Assembly (NCBI GenBank): GCA_964444105.1
Contig: CAYUGI010000002.1
Span: 640-64,639, forward strand
DNA: 64,000 nucleotides
Origin: an uncultured Pirellulaceae bacterium
Lineage (GTDB): Bacteria; Planctomycetota; Planctomycetia; Pirellulales; Pirellulaceae
Reading direction: 5' to 3'
Part shown: one piece after another, positions 27,522 through 36,423 of the stretch
How positions within the stretch are numbered: position 1 is the stretch's first letter
How the letters are laid out: each line of letters starts with the position of its first letter
Program-made: the position numbers and the translations under genes
The notes under the pieces: generated by a model
Database searches by the model: none
The model's input: only the letters and a program-made list of their open reading frames with translations
Told to the model about the DNA's origin: nothing

Positions 27522-28556
27522 CTACGCCGAACCGTTGACCAATCCGTCAACCTCATCACGCATCACACCGCTCCATTCGCCTGGAACACTGTGAGCCAAA
27601 CACGACGCTGCGACAGCAAAGTTCAACGCGTCCGCTGGCGAAACGTAGTCATTACAGTTCAACGCGAACAACAACCCGGCCGTGAACGCATCCTCAGCTC
27701 CGCCGGCGTCGACGACGTTGGTGATCTCGTAGGGTGCGTATTGGCCGCCAGCTAGCGGCGCGAACTCAGCTTCCTCGCTCTTTGCGTCGAACAGCATTCC
27801 ACCCCAATGTTGTGCCGAAGCTTGTCCATGCTCCCGGAGGGGAGTAGCGATCATCTGAAGATTCGGAAACTCTTCGACGGCTTGTTTCGCGAGTTCAGGG
27901 TAATCGCTTGAGTGCATTTGAAGTACTTTGGCGAAATCCTCTTCCGTCACAATCAGCAGATCGACCGACGGCAGAATGTCTCGCAACACTCTGCTCGCTA
28001 GCTCGCTCTCACCGGCTGATTCGTCCCACTGCCAAAGCCCGGACTCGAATCCGAGGGACAGCGCGACATTCACGCCTAGCTCTTTGGCATCTTGAACGGC
28101 ACTGAGCGTTGCTTGAGCAGATGCGGCGGAAATGCCGGGGGTTGTTCCGCTCAAATGGAACCAAGCTGCACCAGAGAGGATCGACTTCCAGTCGAAAGCG
28201 GCTGGGTCCGTCAGACTCAACGCCGAATGCTCGCGGTCATCCGTCACGCGCGTCAGTCGATAGCCGGACCCCATTTCTTGAAACCGAAGGCCTAGCCGCC
28301 CGTATTGAGTTCGAATGATGTGGCTTGCCATACCAGTGGACTGCAATGCAGCGATGCAAGCGTCGGTCAGGTCATTGTTCGGCAACGCAGTGACAAACGA
28401 AGCGTCGCCGCCCAGGCTCGCAATCGTCGCAGCAACATTCGCTTCGGGCCCAGCAAAACTAACATCAAGACTTCCGGGCATCGCATGATGCAACCGCTGG
28501 GTTCCCCCAGGCTTCAACCGACCCAGTATCTCGCCAAAGGTAACGATCCGTTTCAT
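27522..28556 (-). CDS. PfkB family sugar kinase, KdgK-like (divergent)
   Basis: IVTFGEIL, FAGPEANVA, RLGLRFQE, WFHLSGTTP, VVDAGGAEDAFTAG. Confidence 0.8.
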   Translation of the reverse strand: MKRIVTFGEILGRLKPGGTQRLHHAMPGSLDVSFAGPEANVAATIASLGGDASFVTALPNNDLTDACIAALQSTGMASHIIRTQYGRLGLRFQEMGSGYRLTRVTDDREHSALSLTDPAAFDWKSILSGAAWFHLSGTTPGISAASAQATLSAVQDAKELGVNVALSLGFESGLWQWDESAGESELASRVLRDILPSVDLLIVTEEDFAKVLQMHSSDYPELAKQAVEEFPNLQMIATPLREHGQASAQHWGGMLFDAKSEEAEFAPLAGGQYAPYEITNVVDAGGAEDAFTAGLLFALNCNDYVSPADALNFAVAASCLAHSVPGEWSGVMRDEVDGLVNGSA

Positions 28557-28567
28557 ATACTACTTCC

Positions 28568-28593
28568 AAGTTGTCCCGCGAGGCCCTCGCGGG
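28568..28593. repeat. Short hairpin family AGTTGTCC-stem-AGGCCCT-stem-GG, copy 1
   Basis: cccgcgag-gcc-ctcgcggg, with the same flank and loop as the hairpin at 36267-36293. Confidence 0.55.
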
Positions 28594-28664
28594 GCTTACG
28601 ATGGTTAGGCCATCGCCTTCTGCCGAGCACCTAGTTCATCGTTAAGACTGCCGAACTTGCGGCG

Positions 28665-29585
28665 TTACTTCAACCATCCCTTCAGCACTCCCAAATCTTT
28701 CTTCATCGCAGCCAAGTGATCCGGGACCAACTTCGGGTCGCGATGATCCAGGTACTCCTCGTGCAACGAAATCGGTCCGGTGTAACCTACCTCGCTAAGC
28801 ATCTTGAAGAACGACTTATCGACGTAGCCCTCGCCCAACGGCACGTTGGTGACCTTTTTGTTCTCGATGGAAAAATCTTTTACGTAGACCATTCCCAAGC
28901 TGGGCTCGATCGCACGAAAAGCAACCGGCCAAGTCGTCGTTCCTTCGGCAGTCGCGTGGCGGATGTCGTAAGCAACCCCCAAGTCATTGGGATGGATGTC
29001 GCCGAGAACTTCCCGCAAGTCCCAAACCGAAGCACCAAGATATTTCGTGCCGGCATGATTTTGATACAGGCCCTGAACGCCGTACTCGTGATTCATCTCT
29101 GCGAGTTGCTGAAGCTTCGGCTGCCACTCTTCCCATTGATCGGCCAAGGGTTGTTTGAAGTCGTAGTGGAAATACTTCATCCGGTACCGCTCGATGCCAA
29201 GTGTACCCAGCGTTCGCAAAAACTTGGATGTGATTGGGTCATCGGGATCATTGATGTCCGATGTCACCAGCGTGATTTCAAGCTTGCGTTTTTTTAGCGC
29301 TTCGACCAACTTGGGTAACTCGTCTGCAATCGCAGCGGTTTCGACGTGGCCGCCTTTGCGAATCGGCGCCTCGATGCCGTCGAATCCGAGTTCCGCGATT
29401 TTGTCGGCCAGTTCATCGAACGAAAGTGAATTGAATGGCTTGGTGAAAACGCAAATTTTGTTTTGCGTTGAATCGCTTTCTGCGGCCACCGCATGACGCG
29501 AAGTCATCAAGGTGCTGGCGAGTGTCGATGCCGCTGCGGCGGCAAGGAACTGACGACGGTTGGCTGGTAATCGATGGGTTGGCAC
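28665..29585 (-). CDS. Tat-exported sugar phosphate isomerase/epimerase (xylose-isomerase-like TIM barrel)
   Basis: NRRQFL Tat motif; GFDGIE, YQNHAG, YDIRHA, VYVKDF, ISLHEE. Confidence 0.88.
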   Translation of the reverse strand: MPTHRLPANRRQFLAAAAASTLASTLMTSRHAVAAESDSTQNKICVFTKPFNSLSFDELADKIAELGFDGIEAPIRKGGHVETAAIADELPKLVEALKKRKLEITLVTSDINDPDDPITSKFLRTLGTLGIERYRMKYFHYDFKQPLADQWEEWQPKLQQLAEMNHEYGVQGLYQNHAGTKYLGASVWDLREVLGDIHPNDLGVAYDIRHATAEGTTTWPVAFRAIEPSLGMVYVKDFSIENKKVTNVPLGEGYVDKSFFKMLSEVGYTGPISLHEEYLDHRDPKLVPDHLAAMKKDLGVLKGWLK

Positions 29586-29587
29586 CG

Positions 29588-32500
29588 TTACGCTCCTAAG
29601 GAGAGGTATGCGAATAGGTCTTGGATTTGTTGATCAGTCATGTCTTTGAGAGCGTCATCAGGCATCAAGGAAATCGGCAATGCCTTGAGCTGCTCGATGT
29701 CGTCGCGGCTGACTACCATGATTTGATTTTCAGCGTTACGCAATGTGACTGTGTTTGCATCTTGAGCGGCGATCATGCCCGTCAACGCTCGGCCGTCTTC
29801 TGTCAGAATCAAATACGATTGAAATCCCTCCCGGATTTCAAGGCTCGGTTCGACAATCCCGTGAAGCCAAAAGTCGAGTTTTCCGCGTTCATATCCATCC
29901 AATGGCGGCCCGACCTTTTTGCCCTCACCGAACAACTGGTGGCAGTTGGCGCAGCGTTTTTCGAACTGCTTACGTCCGGCCCCAGCGTCGCCCGGTTTCT
30001 TGGCAACGAGTGTTTTCAACCGTTTCATTTCAGCGAGCTTCGCGGGTGAAGCGACTTGCACGGATTTGCCGAAAACCGTTTCCACCAAAGATGCGATTTC
30101 GGGTTCATCATAGCTACGCAGCTGTTGAACTACGTCTGGCGGAACTTGTTCGCGGCGTAGTCTCCAAGCGGAAAGTTCGTCCAGCAAGGCTCGCGCCCAT
30201 CGAGGTCGACTTGCAAGCGTTCGGCAAGCTGTTGCACGCAATCCATGTTCGGCTGAGATTTTGCTGTTGAGCGCGCCGACCAATGATTTGGCAATCGTAT
30301 CGTCGTCGTACAGTCCCAATGAACGAATCGCGACACGCTGCAGGGCTGGCTCTTTGGTGCGACCGCTGGCGGCTAATGCAATGAGTGGCTTAACTGCGGA
30401 AGTATGAGGCACTTCGCCAAAAACGCGTGCGAGTTCTAGCCGTACACCAAGATCCGCCGACGAGTTTGAAATAGCTGCGACCGCTTTTTTGACCGCGTCT
30501 TCATCGCCCGCTCTCAGTCCTAGCACCAATCCGCCATCGCCCAGGTTGGCTTGGTAGCTGGCCAGTTCGCTGGCCAACGCATCGGGTAGCTTGGGCATCG
30601 AACGGCCTTGGAATGCCAGATTCAGGCCCTTCATCAATTCGGCTTTTGACTTCTCGTCGGGAGCCAACTCCCACAGCAAGGCAGCTTGCACCAAGTCTGC
30701 GTCTGTTCCGCTTGCCGCGTACCGCTGCATCAATCGGCTGAGGATGTGTTCTTGCACGATCGGTTCTTCCCACATGCCAAAGTGCTTTCCAAACAACTCC
30801 GCGATCTCTTCATGAGCTGACGCGTGAGATTCCAAGGCCCACCAGTACATCAGTGGCAAATGAGGGTCGTCCACATCTTCGGAGTGCTTGAGCAGATATT
30901 GCAAAATCATCATCGCATCACCGGTACTAGCTCGCTGAACATAAGACGCGACTTGGCTGCGGACTTGCGAATCAAGTTCGCAAGCGGCTACTGCACTTAG
31001 GTTGGGAGCACTTTCGTGCCGATCGCCTAACAAGCGAACGACCCAGCGGCGAATGTTGCGGTCCTGGTGTGTCATCCAGCGCTCAGTTCGCTCTGTCGTC
31101 AGTTCGCCCATCAAATTGATTGCCCAGAGGGATTCCAGAGACGATTTTTCGCTAACATTCTTGTGAAGCCTGTGCACGACCGTCTTGTCGCCGCGCCAGC
31201 CGAGCTCCAAGGCAGCACGCTGACGAACCCACTTGTTGGAATGGTCAAACAGGTCGATCAGTTGTCCACTGGGCAAGTCATGTAAGTCGCCTGCGGTGTA
31301 CCCGGGTTGAATGCCATCGGGTACGACTCTGTAAATCCGGCCGCTTTCTTTATGCCAGTCATCAACCGGGCTGACATGACTCAGGCGAGTGTCGTACCAA
31401 TCGGCAAGGTAGACCGCGCCATCCGGGCCAACACCGGCATAGACCGGTCGAAACCATCGATCAGGAGTTTCCAGCAAGTTCGTGTTGTCTTCGGTCCGGT
31501 AAGTGGATCCGTCAGGAATTCGTTTGCTGTCCCAGACCAAATTGTGCAGGGAATTGGGCGCGATGATATTGCCGTCATATTCGTCGGGCAGTAGACCGCC
31601 TTCGTAGATGCAAAAGGCCTGCGGAAAGCGTCTTCCATCGCCCTTAAATTTCATGGGCGGAAAGAAGCCGAATGCATACGGGTTTGTCAGCGGTCCGTGC
31701 TTACCCCAATTCTTGGCACTGTAACTTCCTTGCGGAAAATACCAACCTCGTGTCTTGCCGCCGTTGGTGCCCGTGAACACTCGCCCCTTTGAATCGATGT
31801 CCAGGCTAAACGTATTGCCGCCACCTTCGGCGTAGATTTCAAACACTTTCGTATCGGGGTGATACCGCCACACACATTGACCTTGAAAGCGAACTCCTTT
31901 GGTCACTGCCGAACTAACATCGCCGACCGTGGTGCTGCCGTTCGCTCCATAGAGCCAGCCATCCGGACCGAACATCAAGCTATTGGCCACCGAGTGCGTG
32001 TCTTGCAATCCAAATCCTGACAAGTGAACCACAGGCTCGCTGTCGGGGACGTCGTCGCGATTTGCGTCGGGGTAGAACAACAAATACGGTGGATTCAAAA
32101 CCCAGATGCCGCCGCGCCCGATCGCGACACTGCTGGCGATGTTCAATCCGGTGATCACGTCCTTCTGCGCGTCATAGATTCCGTCACCATCTGTATCGGT
32201 ATGGACCGTGATCTTGTCCAAGCCGGGTGTGCCGTGTGGTGGTGGATCAGGGACTTTGTCAAAGACAGCCCTCAGGTGCTGGTCGTAACGGAGCACCTTC
32301 AAGCCAGCAGGAAATTGGTACTGCCGATAATGGACGACCCACATGCGACCGCGTGAATCCCAAGACAAAAACAATGGCTGAGAAACTTCCGGCTCGCTGG
32401 CGACCAACTGGATCTCCAGGCCGTCGCGTACTTGGAAAGAGGTGACCGCTTCTGCGGCTGGAGTGGGCGGCGACTGATCCGCCATCACGCCACGACCGCC

Positions 32501-32668
32501 GTATGTCTTCATGATCTCAGCGACCTGAGCATTTCCAGCTTTGGAAAGATCCAGCTTGGTCATATCCTGTGCGCTCGCACGCTGGACATCGACCAAACCT
32601 GGAAACACCATTGCGGCGCAGCTTACAGAAAGACAAACGAGACGACGAAACATAGGCATGTACCGCAT
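29588..32668 (-). CDS. PVC-type heme-binding CxxCH protein (beta-propeller dehydrogenase-like, HEAT repeats, cytochrome c)
   Basis: LVASEPEVSQP..LSWDSRGRMWV, DTDGDG, FGPDGWLY, WRYHP, GPDGAVYLADW, CANCH, C-terminal SLMPD. Start approximate (track gives 32740). Confidence 0.9.
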   Translation of the reverse strand: MRYMPMFRRLVCLSVSCAAMVFPGLVDVQRASAQDMTKLDLSKAGNAQVAEIMKTYGGRGVMADQSPPTPAAEAVTSFQVRDGLEIQLVASEPEVSQPLFLSWDSRGRMWVVHYRQYQFPAGLKVLRYDQHLRAVFDKVPDPPPHGTPGLDKITVHTDTDGDGIYDAQKDVITGLNIASSVAIGRGGIWVLNPPYLLFYPDANRDDVPDSEPVVHLSGFGLQDTHSVANSLMFGPDGWLYGANGSTTVGDVSSAVTKGVRFQGQCVWRYHPDTKVFEIYAEGGGNTFSLDIDSKGRVFTGTNGGKTRGWYFPQGSYSAKNWGKHGPLTNPYAFGFFPPMKFKGDGRRFPQAFCIYEGGLLPDEYDGNIIAPNSLHNLVWDSKRIPDGSTYRTEDNTNLLETPDRWFRPVYAGVGPDGAVYLADWYDTRLSHVSPVDDWHKESGRIYRVVPDGIQPGYTAGDLHDLPSGQLIDLFDHSNKWVRQRAALELGWRGDKTVVHRLHKNVSEKSSLESLWAINLMGELTTERTERWMTHQDRNIRRWVVRLLGDRHESAPNLSAVAACELDSQVRSQVASYVQRASTGDAMMILQYLLKHSEDVDDPHLPLMYWWALESHASAHEEIAELFGKHFGMWEEPIVQEHILSRLMQRYAASGTDADLVQAALLWELAPDEKSKAELMKGLNLAFQGRSMPKLPDALASELASYQANLGDGGLVLGLRAGDEDAVKKAVAAISNSSADLGVRLELARVFGEVPHTSAVKPLIALAASGRTKEPALQRVAIRSLGLYDDDTIAKSLVGALNSKISAEHGLRATACRTLASRPRWARALLDELSAWRLRREQVPPDVVQQLRSYDEPEIASLVETVFGKSVQVASPAKLAEMKRLKTLVAKKPGDAGAGRKQFEKRCANCHQLFGEGKKVGPPLDGYERGKLDFWLHGIVEPSLEIREGFQSYLILTEDGRALTGMIAAQDANTVTLRNAENQIMVVSRDDIEQLKALPISLMPDDALKDMTDQQIQDLFAYLSLGA

Positions 32669-32913
32669 GGCGAGAATCGCAGATTGTAGCTCAAGGCGGA
32701 TCGGTGAGTCCGGCGAGCAGCTTCCGTGGTCTTGGATCATGCCGAATCATGCGCCTGCGTCATTTTTCTGCGGCTTGAAGGGATGAAACGTAGAGGCGCT
32801 TGGGATATCCTGTGCTCAATCAGACGCGACCACATTCGCCCTGACAGGCAAAAACGCACTCGCTTTCGATTGACTGCGAGTCCACTTTTTAACATTTCGG
32901 GAAACCCGTTCAA

Positions 32914-33222
32914 ATGCCAGCGGCAAGCTTCGACATCCCTTTCACCGGCGCGTTGTTCGCCCAAAGCGTAGTCTCGCGAGGCATCACGATTGCGATCACC
33001 GGGATGCTGATCGTGGCAATCGCATTGCTGCTGATATTTGCATTCATTTCTGCCTTGCCACATATCCTGGCGATCGTCGGAAAGTACTTCCCCGAAGTCG
33101 AAGATCCGCACGGTCGATCCAGTACAACTCAGTCGCATCCAGAGAGCCAAGTCGCGGACGACGAGGCGGTGATGGCAGCGATCGGTTTTGTTCTGCACTC
33201 GCGTCTGCAAAACAAAGGGTAA
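32914..33222 (+). CDS. oadG: Na+-transporting decarboxylase gamma subunit
   Basis: Single TM (ITGMLIVAIALLLI), Pro/His linker and VMAAIGFVLH. Sits directly upstream of the beta and alpha subunits. Confidence 0.8.
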   Translation: MPAASFDIPFTGALFAQSVVSRGITIAITGMLIVAIALLLIFAFISALPHILAIVGKYFPEVEDPHGRSSTTQSHPESQVADDEAVMAAIGFVLHSRLQNKG

Positions 33223-33229
33223 TCGACCG

Positions 33230-34399
33230 ATGGAAATCTTGCTGGAGTTTCTCAAGACGACGGGATTCTATTCGATCTCTCTTGGCAATGCGGTCATGAT
33301 CCTGATTGGGATCGTGTTCATTTTTCTCGCAATCACCAAAGACTACGAACCACTGCTGCTGGTCCCGATCGGGATGGGCGCAATTGTGGGCAATATCCCC
33401 ATGGCCGAAGGCATGGGAATGAGTGTCTATGACGTACCGTCATGGACGCAGGTCGGCGATCAGATCCAGTACAAACCCGGCAGCGTGCTCAGTTACTTGT
33501 ACATGGGAGTCAGTTATGGCTTTTACCCACCGCTGATTTTCTTGGGGATCGGCGCGATGACCGATTTCTCGACGATGTTGTCCAACCCGAAGTTGGTCCT
33601 GTTGGGCGCGGCGGCTCAAGTCGGTGTGTTTGCGACCTTCATCGGTGCATTGTTTTTGGGGTTCAGTTTGAAAGAAGCTGGAGCGATCGGAATCATCGGT
33701 GGGGCGGATGGTCCGACGGCGATCTTTCTATCTTCCCAGTTGGCTCCTAAGTTGCTCGGCGCGATCGCGATTGCCGCGTATTCCTACATGGCACTCGTTC
33801 CGGTCATTCAACCGCCCATAATGAAGTTGCTGACCACTCGCGAGGAACGCCTCATCCGAATGGCTCCGCCACGCACCGTCAGCAAACGCGAGAAAATGAT
33901 CTTTCCCGTAGTGGCGTTCTTGATCTGTGCGTTGATCGCGCCGGGAGCCGTTGTGCTTCTCGGGATGCTCTTCTTCGGAAACTTGCTGAAGGAGAGTTTG
34001 GTCACTGAACGTTTAGCAAACACGGCGCGAACCGCGTTCATCGACATTGTCACTATTTTGCTTGGCTTTGCGGTGGGCGCCAGCACCGAAGCGGGCACCT
34101 TTTTAACACCTCAGTCGATTGGGATTTTCACGCTCGGCGCCGTTTCATTTGCGGTGGCAACCGCTGGAGGCGTTTTGTTTGCCAAGCTGATGAACTTGTT
34201 CTTGAAAGAAAAGATCAACCCATTGATTGGAGCAGCCGGCGTTTCAGCTGTACCTGACTCCGCGAGGGTTGTTCAGATGGTGGGCCAGCAAGAAGACCCC
34301 AACAATTTCTTGCTGATGCATGCGATGGCTCCCAATGTGGCAGGTGTGATTGGCAGTGCGATTGCCGCCGGCGTGCTGTGGGCTGAATTGGCAAAATAA
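33230..34399 (+). CDS. oadB: Na+-transporting decarboxylase beta subunit
   Basis: YEPLLLVPIG, PPLIFLGIGAMTDF, GIIGGADGPT, GAAGVSAVP, LMHAMAPNVAGVIGS. Confidence 0.95.
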   Translation: MEILLEFLKTTGFYSISLGNAVMILIGIVFIFLAITKDYEPLLLVPIGMGAIVGNIPMAEGMGMSVYDVPSWTQVGDQIQYKPGSVLSYLYMGVSYGFYPPLIFLGIGAMTDFSTMLSNPKLVLLGAAAQVGVFATFIGALFLGFSLKEAGAIGIIGGADGPTAIFLSSQLAPKLLGAIAIAAYSYMALVPVIQPPIMKLLTTREERLIRMAPPRTVSKREKMIFPVVAFLICALIAPGAVVLLGMLFFGNLLKESLVTERLANTARTAFIDIVTILLGFAVGASTEAGTFLTPQSIGIFTLGAVSFAVATAGGVLFAKLMNLFLKEKINPLIGAAGVSAVPDSARVVQMVGQQEDPNNFLLMHAMAPNVAGVIGSAIAAGVLWAELAK

Positions 34400-34456
34400 T
34401 TACAAAGCAGAGATTGATGGGGATGTGTCCCCTCGTTTTCGACAAAGGAAAACTCA

Positions 34457-36268
34457 GTGGCTAAGAAAAGCGTCAAGTTCATGTGTACGGCGTTCCGCGA
34501 TGGATTTCAGTCCGTCTTCGGAGCACGTGTTTTCACCAAAGATTTCCTGCCAGCGGTTGAAGCAGCTCGCGATGCTGGCATCACCTGGTTCGAGGCCGGT
34601 GGCGGTGCTCGTTTTCAGTCGTTGTATTTCTATTGCAACGAAGACGCGTTCGACATGATGGATGCCTTTCGCGAAACGGCCGGTCCGGATGCCAATCTGC
34701 AAACGCTTGCGCGGGGCGTCAATGTCGTTGGGCTGGACTCTCAATCCAGTGATATCGTCAAGCTTCATGCTGACCTGTTTAAGAAACACGGCATGACAAC
34801 GATCCGCAACTTTGACGCGCTCAACGATGTCAATAACTTGATCTACAGCGGCCAGTGCATCACTGATGCCGGATTGAAACACCAGGTTTGCGTGACGTTG
34901 ATGGAGTTGCCGCCGGGATGCAGTGGCGCTCACGATACAGAATTCTACCAATCGACTTTGCAGCAGATCCTTGACGCTGACATTCCGTTTGATGCGGTCT
35001 GCTTCAAGGACGCATCGGGTACTGCTGCACCAAACAAGGTCTACGAAACCATCAAAGCCGCTCGCAAGATGCTGCCGTCGGACGCCTTCATTCATTTTCA
35101 CACCCACGAAACGGCGGGCGTCAGCGTCCTGGCCAACAAAGCTGCTATTGATGCGGGTGCCGACGCGATCGACCTATCGATGGCGCCGTGTAGCGGCGGA
35201 ACATGTCAGCCCGATGTCTTGGTGATGTGGCACGCACTGCGCGGGACGGACTATGAACTAGACGTCGATGTGGAAAAGGTGCGTGAGGCAGAAGAAGTAT
35301 TCAAGGATTGCATGAGTGATTACTTCTTGCCGCCTGAAGCCACCGCGGTGGAACCATTGATTCCGTGGAGCCCAATGCCAGGCGGAGCACTGACAGCCAA
35401 CACACAGATGTTGCGTGACAACAACATCATGGAAAAGTATCCCGAAATCATCATGGCGATGAGTGACGTGGTCCGCAAAGGCGGCTACGGAACCTCGGTG
35501 ACTCCTGTCTCCCAGTTCTACTTCCAGCAAGCGTTCAACAACGTGATGTTTGGGCCTTGGAAGAAAATCGCCGAACCATACGGCAAAATGGTCTTGGGCT
35601 ATTTCGGCAAGACACCCGTCGAGCCCGACGCTGAAATCATTCAGCTGGCGAAGGATCAATTGGAACTGGAGCCAACGACGCGTCCAGTGCTGGAGCTGAA
35701 CGACGCTGACCCAACCAAGGGCATCGCACCAGCAACAAAGGCTTTGGAAGATGCTGGCCTTCCGGTCACCGATGAGAACATTTTCATCGCGGCGGCCTGC
35801 AAAGAAAAAGGCATTCGATTCTTGCAAGGTGACGCGGAAGTTGGCGTTCGCAAGAAAGATCCCAATGCCGCAGCCGCACCTGTCGCCGCAGCTTCAGGCG
35901 GAACCGCGAAGTACAGCGTCACCGTGAACAACAAAGAGTTCTTCATGGCGGTTGAAAACGATGTCGTCACTGTCGATGGCAAGGTCTATCGTGTCGGCAT
36001 CAAACCAAGTTCAGGCGATGCACCAGCAGCTTCGCCAGCATCATCCGGACAAACGACTGACGTCGTTGCCCAAATGCCCGGTGCGGTCTACAAGCAAATA
36101 CTCAGCCCGGGCGACTCCGTAGCTGAAGGCGAACCAATCCTGATCCTTGAAGCGATGAAGATGGAAATGGAAGTTCCATCACCCGTCGACGGCATCGTCG
36201 ATAGAGTCAACGTCGGCGTCGGCGCACAAGTTGCCACTGGCGATGTTCTGGCAACCATTCGCGTCTAG
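34457..36268 (+). CDS. oadA: Oxaloacetate decarboxylase alpha subunit (carboxyltransferase + biotinyl domain)
   Basis: FRDGFQS, CFKDASG, FHTHETAG, PMPGGALT, TSVTPVSQFY, biotin motif EAMKM. Confidence 0.88.
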   Translation: MAKKSVKFMCTAFRDGFQSVFGARVFTKDFLPAVEAARDAGITWFEAGGGARFQSLYFYCNEDAFDMMDAFRETAGPDANLQTLARGVNVVGLDSQSSDIVKLHADLFKKHGMTTIRNFDALNDVNNLIYSGQCITDAGLKHQVCVTLMELPPGCSGAHDTEFYQSTLQQILDADIPFDAVCFKDASGTAAPNKVYETIKAARKMLPSDAFIHFHTHETAGVSVLANKAAIDAGADAIDLSMAPCSGGTCQPDVLVMWHALRGTDYELDVDVEKVREAEEVFKDCMSDYFLPPEATAVEPLIPWSPMPGGALTANTQMLRDNNIMEKYPEIIMAMSDVVRKGGYGTSVTPVSQFYFQQAFNNVMFGPWKKIAEPYGKMVLGYFGKTPVEPDAEIIQLAKDQLELEPTTRPVLELNDADPTKGIAPATKALEDAGLPVTDENIFIAAACKEKGIRFLQGDAEVGVRKKDPNAAAAPVAAASGGTAKYSVTVNNKEFFMAVENDVVTVDGKVYRVGIKPSSGDAPAASPASSGQTTDVVAQMPGAVYKQILSPGDSVAEGEPILILEAMKMEMEVPSPVDGIVDRVNVGVGAQVATGDVLATIRV

Positions 36269-36293
36269 TTGTCCGTCAGGCCCTGACGGCAAC
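36267..36293. repeat. Short hairpin family AGTTGTCC-stem-AGGCCCT-stem-GG, copy 2
   Basis: gttg-t-ccgtcag-gcc-ctgacgg-caac, directly at the oadA stop codon. Confidence 0.55.
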
Positions 36294-36335
36294 GCAGCAG
36301 CAGATTTAATTGCTACTTTCGCCTGCAAATTGCAT

Positions 36336-36379
36336 TTTACCCTCCCCCCGAGAGAGTCGAGCCATAGCGAGGAGAGGGC
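36336..36379. repeat. REP-like family 1, single unit (copy C)
   Basis: Reverse complement gccctctcctcgctatggctcgactctctcggggggagggtaaa matches the right unit of 6221-6333. Lies between convergent genes. Confidence 0.7.
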
Positions 36380-36423
36380 TAAATCCGATGGCCGACGACA
36401 TTTATTTTCGACACAAATTGCCC

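Noticed and set aside
32670-32913. Na+ riboswitch upstream of oadGBA
   Set aside because: Only one modest hairpin (actcgc/gcgagt) is visible and I cannot match the consensus by eye. An Rfam scan would be needed.
32737-35827. Long antisense ORFs (32737..33255, 34454..35107, 35258..35827)
   Set aside because: They lie opposite well-supported oad genes and have no motifs of their own.
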